Assembly: GCA_937625935.1 (NCBI GenBank)
Contig: OW569366.1
Span: 1 to 64,000 of the forward strand
DNA: 64,000 nucleotides
DNA from: Tetramitus jugosus
Lineage: Eukaryota; Protista; Heterolobosea
Reading direction: 5' to 3'
In this document: piece after piece, positions 1 through 11,353 of the stretch
Position numbering within the stretch: the stretch's first letter is position 1
Layout: each line of letters opens with the position of its first letter
The notes under the pieces: model-generated
What the model saw: the letters and a program-made list of their open reading frames with translations, nothing else
Database searches by the model: none
Told to the model about the DNA's origin: nothing
Made by a program: the position numbers and the translations under genes

Positions 1-843
1 CAAACCCAAACCCAAACCCAAACCCAACCCAAACCCAAACCCAAACCCAAACCCAAACCCAAACCCAAACCCAAACCCAAACCCAAACCCAAACCCAAAC
101 CCAAACCCAAACCCAAACCCAAACCCAAACCCAAACCCAAACCCAAACCCAAACCCAAACCCAAACCCAAACCCAAACCCAAACCCAAACCCAAACCCAA
201 ACCCAAACCCAAACCCAAACCCAAACCCAAACCCAAACCCAAACCCAAACCCAAACCCAAACCCAAACCCAAACCCAAACCCAAACCCAAACCCAAACCC
301 AAACCCAAACCCAAACCCAAACCCAAACCCAAACCCAAACCCAAACCCAAACCCAAACCCAAACCCAAACCCAAACCCAAACCCAAACCCAAACCCAAAC
401 CCAAACCCAAACCCAAACCCAAACCCAAACCCAAACCCAAACCCAAACCCAAACCCAAACCCAAACCCAAACCCAAACCCAAACCCAAACCCAAACCCAA
501 ACCCAAACCCAAACCCAAACCCAAACCCAAACCCAAACCCAAACCCAAACCCAAACCCAAACCCAAACCCAAACCCAAACCCAAACCCAAACCCAAACCC
601 AAACCCAAACCCAAACCCAAACCCAAACCCAAACCCAAACCCAAACCCAAACCCAAACCCAAACCCAAACCCAAACCCAAACCCAAACCCAAACCCAAAC
701 CCAAACCCAAACCCAAACCCAAACCCAAACCCAAACCCAAACCCAAACCCAAACCCAAACCCAAACCCAAACCCAAACCCAAACCCAAACCCAAACCCAA
801 ACCCAAACCCAAACCCAAACCCAAACCCAAACCCAAACCCAAA
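1..843. repeat. Telomeric repeat array (CCCAAA)n / (TTTGGG)n, chromosome left end
   Basis: About 140 tandem CCCAAA units starting at base 1, with the C-rich strand at the 5' end as expected for a left telomere. One variant unit (CCCAA) at 23-27. Abrupt end at 843. Confidence 0.97.
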
Positions 844-1102
844 TTCACTTTCTTCTCAAAAATCAAAAACTTCTTCCAAATTCAAAACAGAATCGATTTA
901 TCATCTAAAATCTGATCAAGCAAGATAAATGGAAGCTAAAATCACTCAGCCCATTTCTATTTCCATCTTATGACGTTCACTCCTTAGTTTTTGTCGAAAA
1001 CAGAAATCTTCTCATTAATTGCTCAACATCTGGAAGGATTAGAGGTAATCTAGTGTGTCAGTATATGTTTTATGAGTAATTAATTCTATTTCTCTTCAGC
1101 TA

Positions 1103-1300
1103 TGACGGGTTAGGTCTGGATATTCAACTCCCCATTCAAGAAAAACACAAAATTTGAGTTCTCATTCTATCAGAGCTAATTTCTCTCAGAAGAAGAATTT
1201 TTCCCAAGACTCTCAGTCCACTATATTCATAAATCTGAATTGTCATTCAGAAAAAGCTAGTACTCTGGATTTCTGACGGGTTGAGTCTGGTGTTTCAACT
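1103..1300. repeat. Degenerate subtelomeric direct repeat (27-bp core, 171-bp spacing)
   Basis: tgacgggttaggtctggatattcaact (1103-1129) versus tgacgggttgagtctggtgtttcaact (1274-1300); both are followed by aaacac...aaatttga. Confidence 0.6.
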
Positions 1301-1741
1301 ATAAACACGATTCAAATTTGAAACTTCACTATTTCACTGGCTTACAGAATTTTAAATCGAAAAGTCTCAATAATAGATAAAACATCTGACTAAACAGTGA
1401 TTATTTGATAAAAACTGTGGATTCTATCCAGAAAAACACTAAATCAAGTCAATCAAAATTTCTGAAAATCAAGTACTAAGACACTGAGTCAAAAAATACA
1501 GTTCGTAGGAAATTATGTTAAAAATGATCAAATAATGTCCCAATACTGTGATCCAAAACAAAGAAATCAGTACATCTTACCCCCAATACAGAATCAAAAT
1601 CGTCTAAAATCTGTTGCAGAGTTAACCCTGTTGCAGAGAAAATCTGTTAATTACAGTAGGGAGCGATCGTCTCTGCGAGACGATACAGATTTAATCCTGT
1701 TAAATTCTGTTAGCCAATGTTAAAATCAGTCATAATCCCTA

Positions 1742-1885
1742 TAGGTTGGGTTTAGGCTTATGAAGTCCAAACCCAACCTAAAGTCAAAATCACTCAAAAA
1801 CCATATTTAGACATTCTCCTTCCATATTAGGCCTAATATAAAAGGGTTGTGCTAGGTTTATGTATCCCAAAACCCAAACCCAACC
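1742..1885. repeat. Interstitial telomere-like inverted repeat and palindrome cluster
   Basis: taggttgggttt (1742-1753) is the reverse complement of aaacccaaccta (1769-1780). Perfect 16-bp palindrome atattaggcctaatat at 1824-1839. cccaaaacccaaacccaacc near 1866-1885. Confidence 0.7.
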
Positions 1886-2421
1886 TCTTCTGGATAGACT
1901 CTATCTACAATAGATTCTGCCTGATTACTAACTGCTGGTATACATTTTGTCAGTAAGGTTGGAGTATGCTCCAGATGATTTGAACTGTCCAATAACTTCT
2001 TCTAGAGAGTCACACCACGCTTTTAGAGTCTTCTCCATCAATGATACAGCCAGAGACCTTAAGTATCTTTCTAGTGCAAGTGATGTCCTTCTCAGGAACA
2101 TATTCAGAGTTAACTATCTGAGATTCAGAGTAAACTAGCAATTGTTCCACATTGATAACCTTCATCTTCTCTACAATATGTCCTCGAGCTGGACAAAAAT
2201 TCAAATGCTTCTTTCTTTTCTCCCAGCATATGGTCTCATTATTTTACTTCGATCACATTGACATAGATGGCCGTTACAGTATCGGCACAAGTAAACATAG
2301 TTTGAAGTATAGTTAACTCTGGATGCGGTTTCTTCTGAATAGTTGCATACTCTCCTGTAACTTCAATAACTTCTCTAAATGCATTTAATCAAAAGGGTAT
2401 AGGTTCATTTGCTTATCGAGA

Positions 2422-2994
2422 TTACATAAAGCAATTTTCCAAAAAGTGTGACGTTTTTTGAGCGTCAAAAAACAGAAATAAACGTTCCAAAAAGTTGTAA
2501 ATCACCGTTAAATCAGGTTTTTCTCCAATTTCCAGTTGAATTTCCAGAAGATTAAATTTGACTTGCCTTGTTTCCAACTGTTGAAGAAAGGAATTGAGTA
2601 CATTCCTCTTGTTGCTCACGCTATCGAAGATGAAATCTTCTAATTTGACCTTGTCCACGTTGATTTTTGTTTTAGGAGTAAACACAGATGCATCCCTACA
2701 TATCACTTCTCTTCTGGAACCTGATAGTCACTCTTCCTCATCAGATGAAGTGGATTGGTCATCAAAATCGAGCTTCTGGTGCAACAGATTCGAAGCTTTC
2801 CTCTTTTTGTGCTGCACCTCAAGTCTAATTGCATTCAACTCAGACATGAACAATAGCATAAGTGCAGGTGATATCAATCCATTCTCCCTCCACTGCAAAC
2901 GTCTTTGGGCTGATGAACAGTATCTCTCCCATCCTTTATCTACAAATAAACGCTCAAAAACGCAAAAAAACACAAACCAGAAAAAAAACGTCAC
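2422..2994 (-). pseudogene. Degraded fragment of an unknown subtelomeric repeated gene or element
   Basis: Broken ORFs. 2634-2719 is a close diverged copy of 11148-11230 (encodes SRREVIC...TPKTKI.VDKV.LED). Confidence 0.45.
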
Positions 2995-3883
2995 ACTTTT
3001 TGGAAAATTGCTATACAGCCACTTCCCAAAACAGCTAAGAATGCACAGAAGTTCAATATCACAGCTAATGATACTGTGATTACAACTGCACCACAGCCCG
3101 CAGAAGTGATGAATGTTTCAGTTCGATACGATCAGTGGCTGAACGCAACATCTGGTGTATTAGCTTGGTTCTGGCACATGATGCGACAACTTTACAACCA
3201 ATAATTATTATAGTCTAGACTTGGTACTCTCCACCAATTGTCTTGTGCTTGCTGTGATTGGCCATAGAGATAGATCGTGTACAATGCAACTATTACAATA
3301 ACCCCTTTTGCTATTCCTTGTTTCATCCACGTTTACTAAATGATTGTTTTCGTTGTAATGATGCTGTAGATGTTGCTGCTATTCTTCTCTTCTCAGCTCG
3401 GTCAACAGTCTATGCTTCATACTGCTCCATAATCTCAACCAATGCTATATGAATCTTAATACATTCATTATTGAAGTTGTATGAAGCACCAGACGTAGGA
3501 ATATCTATCATTGAAATGACTTATTCTATCAAACTCTGCTGTTGGAAAGCATACAACCTCGCCAGAGGTCGTCATTATCTTGACATTTATAGCCGTTAGA
3601 CTGTAGTGTGCAACTGTAAACTTTACAATCTCTGGTGACTTGTTCATAGTTGAGAAACAACAGAACATAGAGAGTATTTAACACACTAAGCAGTCAAACC
3701 TCAGAATAAGAAACAAATATGTATCCAGTGTATGGCACTCAGATAGCTGGTAGAACCCTTAGAAAACTTGTTGTACTTCACGTCCACAAACAATACAAAA
3801 GAATTGTATTGCATTCGTACAAAAGCACACGCAACATTTTGATAGTTCTCATGGTGTAGAACACGCATTAGCTATCTATAACA

Positions 3884-5072
3884 ATGCTATGGACATTGCG
3901 GAACACGAGGGTGTTCTCAGAACCGATATCGTTGCAGCAGCTGCCCTCCTACATGATGTCAGAGATCATAAGTACACATGCTTGCTTGAAAGAGGAGAAC
4001 CAGTATCTGCATAGTCAAATTACAAAAGTATCTGCTGAGATTGAAGATTCCAAGAAGCAATGGGAGAACTCTGTCGCTGAAGGAATAGATTTGAAGCATA
4101 TTATATCAGCCAAAGACGAAGAACTCGATCAACTGGTATCATCATATCGGGAGATGAGTTCAGAATACAACAAAACCAAGGATAGTGTCTCTATTCTCGA
4201 GAGGGAGTGCTCTGATCTCAAAATTAAACTTAATCACAAAGACCAGGAGTTACAGCATCTCGCAAATCGATTGCAAGAAATGGAAGAGAGAGAGCATCAG
4301 ATGATTGTAGATTTAAATTCCTTCCATCACCAGAACGAGTTGCTATCAAACCAAAATGTATTTTATTCTGAACAAGGAAAAGAGATCGAACAAGAGAAGG
4401 AAGATTTGATGCACGAAATCTCTCATCTGAAACACATGAACATAGAGACCGAAAAACTATTGGCTGAAGCCAAAACAGAATTGATTCAAAAGAGGTTAGA
4501 CTTAGAACATGTAGCAGGTTTATTAACTGATCTAGAAGGTCAAAAATCGAGGATAGAGGACGATAATAGACAGGAAAAGGGCCGTATCTTTGATATGGAG
4601 AAGAGAATGTCAGAACTAAGTGTTCAACTCCTATGTTCAACAACAGCCGAGAAGGAGAATAAGATGTTAATTAACTCAGAGACTGAGTGAACTAGAGCAA
4701 ACAAATGAAACCTAATCAATACAAGTCAAGAAGAATCGAACAATGGAGTTGCAGTTGCAGGAGAAAGCCATGTCCAACTCGAAAACTCTAGGATAAAATT
4801 GGAGGACTTGAACCAAAAGATTGAACAGCATATCGAATCTCATTTCAAACTATCCAAAGATATGGAAGCAATGAAAGCTAGTTTAATTCAAGCAGATGAA
4901 CAAATTGACCAACTCCATCAAGCTCACTGTGAACTGAGCACTGAAAAATCAAGCAAAGATAGGTTTGTTGCATGAGATTCAGGACCTTAAAGATGAATCG
5001 AAGCAACTCAAAACAATGTTGTCTGCAATGAGACAAGACAACCAACGACTTCAAGATTTGTTACTCGAATAA
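3884..5072 (+). pseudogene. Coiled-coil protein, disrupted
   Basis: 268-aa heptad-rich ORF stops at 4690, but E/K/L/Q-rich coiled-coil coding continues through frameshifts to ...QDNQRLQDLLLE* near 5072. Confidence 0.6.
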
Positions 5073-6432
5073 ACCTATTCCATGATGCAATCAAGTTTGA
5101 ACGGGTATTCTTCACAACAGGGGAGTCAAATTCCCTCAACACGAAGTTTCCAATTGACACTAGGCCAAAAAACAGAAGAAATCAAACAATAAAAACTGAT
5201 TGTTGGGTTGTCCAGACAGAGGAGAAAGAGGATATCATCAGAAGGCGAAAAATGGTGAATCCGAATCACTTGCACTCCACCTTCACAACAACAATGTGCA
5301 ACAGTGATGACAATCATCATGATGAAAATTCACTCAATCTCATGTATGACAATAACAACAGTATTAATAATAATAATAATCATGCATCAATGGTGATGAT
5401 ACTTGATTCATTGAGCAATGATGTCATACAGGAGATTATGAGCTTTCTGACCTATCAAGAACTACTTCTCTGTGCATCGTTTGTCAACAAGAGATGGTTT
5501 GGATTGGCGTCGAGTGATCACTTGTGGACGCATCATTTGGATCATGAACGTAATCGATTGTCGCCGTTCACACTACGGAAACGCAAGGAAATTTCAGATC
5601 AGAAACAACAACGAAAATTATTACAACAACGACAATTACAAGTGCACAAATCGAGTAGTGGTGGTATCTATAGAGCAAGAGAAAATGATGATGATTACAT
5701 GACGATTAGAGAACGAAATGATGAGTCTACATCATGGAATCAGCAGAGTCAAAATGTTGATGAATATCACTATGGAAATCATCAGATGCATAACGGTAGT
5801 AGTAGTAGTAACAGCTCGAGTAGTGCAAAAAAAGACTTTTTACACTTGTAGTAAAGATGAATGCGAGCGACCGGAGCATCAAGCGCAAAATTTTACAGGT
5901 CATGACTGCGAAGCGAGTGTTTCAGAAATCGTATGGCATCGTGTTACCAGTGTTATTCTTTGTTGGACTGTCCTTGAGCTCTCTCATGTTTCCATTTGGT
6001 GAAGGATTGATATCGTGGTACATGCCATTCCTGTTCCTGTCTCTGCCCAGTTATCTACTGATATTGCTATCCGTGTTTATCGATCCTTTCTTGCTCAGTT
6101 ATATTAAAGATCAGTATCATCATGTGTTAGGCACGCAGTTGCACTCAGTGGGAGATTTTGAAACGGTCAAGAGCATGAATCTGCTAGTGTGGTCTCTGAG
6201 TTGGATACCGACATCGTTGTTGTGCATCTTTCTGAGAGGCAGGTTCTGGCCCAGCGCAACATACAGTGTCTCTCTTAGTCCCATATTTGCCATGTGTAGT
6301 GTGTTGCTGCTGGTACCTCCCATGATTTGGTTCAATCGATTCAAGAGAGGAATCCTGAATTTTCAGCAAAACATCTCCGTGTTCATCGTGTACTGTCTGT
6401 GTGCTGTCGTCAGTTTGTTTATTGTGGTTCAA

Positions 6433-7931
6433 CGTGCGCTGTGTTACAGACATGACATGTCGACCAAGAGAAGAGATACTCGCGAGGAGTGAGAAGACAG
6501 CTGAGAAGAAGTTCCTATTAGTTTAATGTGGTGTACAGCTCCCAACGCATACAAATGTTATCGACCCACTCAAGTGGTCTCAATCTGACCACCTTTGCTT
6601 TAAACGGTGTCACTGGATTAATAATGACAGTATTCCTGTCAAAATTACCAGACAACACAGTCGGATATCTAATGAACTCAGTTTCACTTTCATTCACATT
6701 GTACAATAACTCGTACTTGGTTACTCTTTGGTCAGTTTCTTCATCTCCTCTTCCTTGAGTTGCCACTCCAGTGATGGTTGTGACAGATGGCAGAGTCACT
6801 TGAATCCAATGATTGAGAGCATCTGGGATCTGATCATACTGCTTCCAAACACACCATGCACGAGCATAAGAACTATTATAGTGCAGTCTGCCATGGGTTG
6901 CAGTATGATATTGGTCGAATGAAGAGGAAACTTTGAGTCTTTCATCACCAATGACGTGACTGTGTTGGATACCAACTGGAATTAATCCAATCGACTTTAC
7001 TTGCGCTACTGTGAATAACAATACAGTCAACAAAAGGAATAAAAATAATTGTTTGTTCATTTTTTTTGTTTGTGTGCTGAGAGAACTTGTTGTCGTGAAC
7101 CAATAAAAATGAACCGTGACACGATTTGCTTTGTAAAGTTCCCTACCTCAATGTCACCCATCTGGCCAAGTTGGTCGACGAAAACCCATAGTATGTATGT
7201 TAGAATTTCAGGAAATTCCTTACTGAGGAAGGTCCCGATTCGGAATGGAACGGTAACAATTTTACAGAATACTTTAACTTATTCAAGACATTATCGCAAT
7301 GATTTTTTGAATCAAAGCATTTGTTTGACATACAAGTTGACACTCGTACTGTTTTCTTCCTTTGTCCTTTTGATGTCTTTCTCTGGTACTTTGTTTTGTG
7401 TTTGATTCCAATAACACACGACAATCATAGGTCCATTCAAAAATTAAACGAATGGGCTGGATATTCCATCCATATCAACCATCACAGTCACCATCCACCA
7501 GTTAGTCTATAACAAGCATACTGTCAAAGTGATAGTCAGGAGACTTCGTCAAACAACTGGCAAAACGAATTGTTTCCATTGGGAGATTCCTGTGGGAGTA
7601 GCATTGATGCGTGCTTAGACTGATTTTTCCAACAATTGAATCTATTTGGTGTTGTTCGAAATGTCCGAATTTTGGCCTGTTCGTGCGAAAATCAAACAGA
7701 CAGAATACATGACTTGTGCTAGACGCAATGATTTTTTGAATCCGAGTATTTGTGTCAAAGTGTCAAAGCACACCGGTCAACTTTATTCGCGGTTGCGGCA
7801 CTTGCAAATGTTCAATTGATTGTGTCAGAGATCTCCATAAAGTAATGATGCTATCTTGCCGAGTAGGTCAGATCAGCAACACATACCAACTGAGATCATG
7901 AGACCTGTCATCACTATCCTTCTTTTCGTGC
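6433..7931. mobile_element. ~1.5-kb cargo-carrying insertion inside the F-box membrane gene
   Basis: Interrupts a hydrophobic ORF. Begins and ends with CGTGC (6433-6437, 7927-7931). Removing it rejoins the frame. Carries an intact opposite-strand gene and an internal 19-bp direct repeat (7295-7313, 7724-7742). No transposase. Right boundary uncertain between 7931 and 7940. Confidence 0.65.
6518..7060 (-). CDS. Secreted single-domain discoidin / F5/8 type C protein
   Basis: Signal peptide MNKQLFLFLLLTVLLFTVAQVKS. Motifs AWC, WIQVTL, ITGVATQGRGD, VTKYELLY, GNFDRNTV, VRLRPLEW..ICMRWELY. Confidence 0.9.
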   Translation of the reverse strand: MNKQLFLFLLLTVLLFTVAQVKSIGLIPVGIQHSHVIGDERLKVSSSFDQYHTATHGRLHYNSSYARAWCVWKQYDQIPDALNHWIQVTLPSVTTITGVATQGRGDEETDQRVTKYELLYNVNESETEFIRYPTVLSGNFDRNTVIINPVTPFKAKVVRLRPLEWVDNICMRWELYTTLN

Positions 7932-9738
7932 TTGCTTTGCTTTGGCCTCATATCAGGAAAGCTCGACGGAACGATCGATTACACCTGGGGTAGCATATTC
8001 ATTCCCATCTGGCTCATGTTAACAGTCATTATCCATCTGTGTCCCATTACTTGCTTCTTGAGTGTTAGAGGCAACAGTGAATTTTTTGCCGGGTTGAGTT
8101 TCGGTAGTTGTATCATGTGCATTGGTGTTCTGCCACTGACAATCTTCATGATACTCCTATCGCTCAAACTTGACAACAAGATACACTTACAATGGTTCCA
8201 CTTGTTCCTTCCATTGTATGTCTTTGAAATTGTCTTGCTACTATTGTTGCTCGTATTTGGATTACCAGGTATCCAAGAAGGACTACCAGACATATAAACA
8301 GAACAAAAAGAAAGATTCTCCTTTCGAACATGACCTCTTTTATCCACAAACAACAACGAGAATAATCATGTGTATCTGAGCAGGAATTGCACAAGTTCAT
8401 TCATAATCTGTTTGACAAGACAGATGCTAAGAGAATGATTGCTATTATCGATCATGTCTCGTATTCAAAGGAAGTAAACAACAAGAGACAGAATATGGGA
8501 GCAGACTCCTTTTGAACATAGTATCAGAAGCAGATAGAATAGCGGCATTGGGAGAAGTTGGTATTGATAGATGCAGACGGTATACTATTCAGCTACTTGG
8601 TCCAAATGCTTCAGAAGTTGAAATAGTAGCCAGAGTAGTAAACTGTGAAGAGAAATTAATGACTCTGATTGACTATATCTACACCAATAGACGCAAACAG
8701 ATTGCTCATGTAGGTAATAGCTATGTGCAGAACTACTACAGAAACAATAAGCCTGATAAGCGCTAATGATCTATTCTGCAACAATATCTATCCTAAAGAC
8801 TCTCCGTACAACGATCGTCAATAATGGTTTAATTCATGCACAAAAGCTTTCTGATGTATGTTTATTGCATGTACACCAAAAAGTAGGAGAGTAATGCGAT
8901 TACCAGTAATACTGCAACAATTAATGCATAAACAGGCAATGATTATCACAATCACAATGATCTGCAGCACTCTATCATTATTAATATCGTGCAATTCCTT
9001 GTTGGTCAGCCAGAATGATGTTAATTGGTTATGCATGTCGATCTGTTTTATTTGAAAAAACATTCAATCGCTAAAGAGTAACCTCTTCCAGTGTTCTGAG
9101 TAGTAGCTTCTTGTATTCGTCCTTCCCTGACAATCAGTCTTCAAATAGTTTACCTCCCAGAGTAAGCTGCTGATCATTGGCATATGATACCTGCATAGTT
9201 TTCTTTCTGAATGTAATCCCATAGTTTTCTCCCAGTACAGGTACACTGAAACACCTTTTCTTCGATGAAGTTCCTCCACATGACTTTGCGTATAAGTGAG
9301 AACAGGTTTCTTGTTTGATAGGGGCTCTTTATCTCATCACTCCTCCGAACTTATGCCCTTGCTACTCTCATATTATAGAATTCAGTTGGGAGTCGCGAAG
9401 TGCCAGAGCCAGAGTTTTTTCTTTTCATCTCTGTCCAGCCAATCATTTTCGATACAGTTGCTGTATAGAATGACAGGCAGAACAATACACATATACATGG
9501 CCAGGTGATACCTTACTAAAATCTCTTTTTAGTAATGAAATTGTGTGCAAAATTTCTCAAGCACCTACTTGACACAGGGAAGAAGTATATCGTGCTTCTT
9601 TAAACCTACAAGTCGATCATCATACCAGCAATGAACAACGACATGTTCTCTGAACAGCATGATTTCTTCTTGGAACTTAGAGTAAACAGAATTCAATTTT
9701 CAATCAATCCATGATCAAGAAGTATCTGCTTGGTAGAT

Positions 9739-10870
9739 TCAGCCCCTTGTCATCCAGATTCTGATCCTTACATAGTGCAGGATTCGTTTTCGATTCCTCA
9801 AGTAACTTCCAAACATCTTTGCACAAACTGTAGCTCTCCTCAATATGATTGGCTTCAACAATTTGTGTGCGATTCCTTTTAAATTCAACATTCCAAAAAG
9901 TGTATATAACACAGAGTTATCATCAATACTTTGGATTCTGATGCAATAATAGTTGATAATGGGATCACTTCCATTGACGTTAGCATGTGGAAGTAGGAAA
10001 CTCGTAACAACTGTCATATGCTTTGGAGTAGAAAGAGGCCACGAAAGTTTCACGTGCTGTATATAAACTGAGTATGATCTTTTCTCCCTCATTTCCACTT
10101 CTGGAAAAAGAGTAGATAATTCTTCATGTGTGTAATGTCTCACTAATTCCATTCCAGCCACCTTGGAATCATAAAATTTGAAATTTTTGGCTACTAATAT
10201 GATCTTGGCTATATTGACAATGTTCCAGTCATAAGTGGTTTGAAACTTTGTCATAATAGTGTTCTTGAATGCTGAAACATTGGGAAATAGTTGAGTATTT
10301 AACTTTAGTAGATTATATCTAGTTTTCGATTTGATATCTGACCCAATCATCTTCCAGTTGAAGGAGTCGGTTTGTAGCAAATCAAATAGCATGAAATCTG
10401 TGTCTCGTACCACAGGTCTCATAAAATCATCATCAGTAAGACTGGATGTATCCAAATAAAACAATGGTTTCAATATGGCTATTGATTTCATCAAGTTGGG
10501 ATTTTTCCTCAACAGAGATTCAAAGGATGCACTTCTAACGAACCTTGGTAACGCATCTATTTTCAAGGAGGTCAATACATTGACAATAGCGGGTGCAAAT
10601 AATGTGTTGAAATCCGTTTCCTTGGACAATTGGTTCATTTGGGTATTAATGTGCCTCAATGAACTACTGGACAAATTTACTTGCTTACTTGCTGTTGCAG
10701 CTATATAGGTATTGAACAATCTCTTTGCAACATCCAACTTCTCCATAGAGTCAATAAGGTTTAGGAACTGTTCAAGATCCTTGAGAAATTCAGATTCCAA
10801 TCTGAATTTAACTCCTTCTTCAAATGTTTCAAGAAAGCATCAACTACTTTCTCTTCTTTCAGCACACCTG
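9739..10870 (-). pseudogene. RGS domain + START/SRPBCC-like domain protein, 5'-truncated and frameshifted
   Basis: RGS start (VLKEEKVVDAFLKHLKKELN) lies in another frame at ~10870-10805, followed by EFLKDLEQF...LFNTYI...QVNLSS...SLKIDALPRFVRS. The C-terminal alpha/beta region is START-like (low certainty). Confidence 0.65.
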
Positions 10871-11353
10871 ACCACAGAGTTGAATAGGCAAAACAATGCC
10901 TGTCATGGACGGTCTCACATACTTCACAAAAATGAGTTCGGGCAGAAGCCCAAAACACAAATTGAACAAACACCACTGATTGGTTTTGTTGTACATTCAC
11001 ACAAACGAACACTTTCGCTACAGAGGCATTAACAGAAGATGTTTGAAGCATTTTGACGACACACCAAAAGGACTGGATGAGTTTATTGGTCGTACATTCC
11101 TTTCTTCAACAGTTGGACAGCTTCTTCATACAAGGCAAGTCAAAATTAATCTTCTAAGTTGACCTTGTCCACGATGATTTTGTTTTAGGGGTAAACACAG
11201 ATCCACATACATATCACTTCTCTTCTGGAAACTAAAAAACGGGTGAAAATCTGAACAATTGCTCTTTTGGTCTTGCAGTGCCCATCTTGTTTTTGACATC
11301 CCTAACGCCGCCTCTCCTTTCATGTCGTTGCATATTCCAACAAGGAAAGAAAC
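10871..11353 (-). pseudogene. Degraded fragment with Cys/His cluster, paralogous to 2422-2994
   Basis: Frameshifted CSFVCEC...GVCSICVLGFCPNSFCEVCETVHDRHC; shares an ~85-bp block with 2634-2719. Confidence 0.4.

Larger units (their letters stand above)
5252..8297 (+). pseudogene. F-box + multi-pass membrane protein (TMEM185/Fragile-X-F-like repeats), frameshifted and split by an insertion
   Basis: F-box motif LDSLSNDVIQEIMSFL...CASFVNKRWFGLASSDHLW. One-base frameshift in the A7/T5 runs at 5827-5841 joins ORFs 5252 and 5857. TM helices run to ...LFIVVQ (6432) and resume at 7932-7941 as (LLC)FGLISGKLDGTIDYTWGSIFIPIW...LSLKLDNKIHLQWFHLFLPLY, i.e. repeated KLD...W...F.P motifs. Confidence 0.75.

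Noticed and set aside
3300-3345. Tc1/pogo DDE motif (NVDET on the minus strand)
   Set aside because: Isolated five-residue match in a stop-ridden frame; no other transposase motifs or TIRs.
7810-7818. Internal gttcaattg matching the putative empty-site junction (guide-like sequence)
   Set aside because: Only 9 bp in AT-rich DNA and dependent on an uncertain boundary; compatible with chance.
6434-7931. Group II intron (insert begins GTGCG)
   Set aside because: No recognisable domain V hairpin, no AY 3' end and no reverse transcriptase/maturase ORF.
8512-8766. TatD nuclease (ALGEVGID motif)
   Set aside because: Single short motif with no other TatD features; no ATG start.
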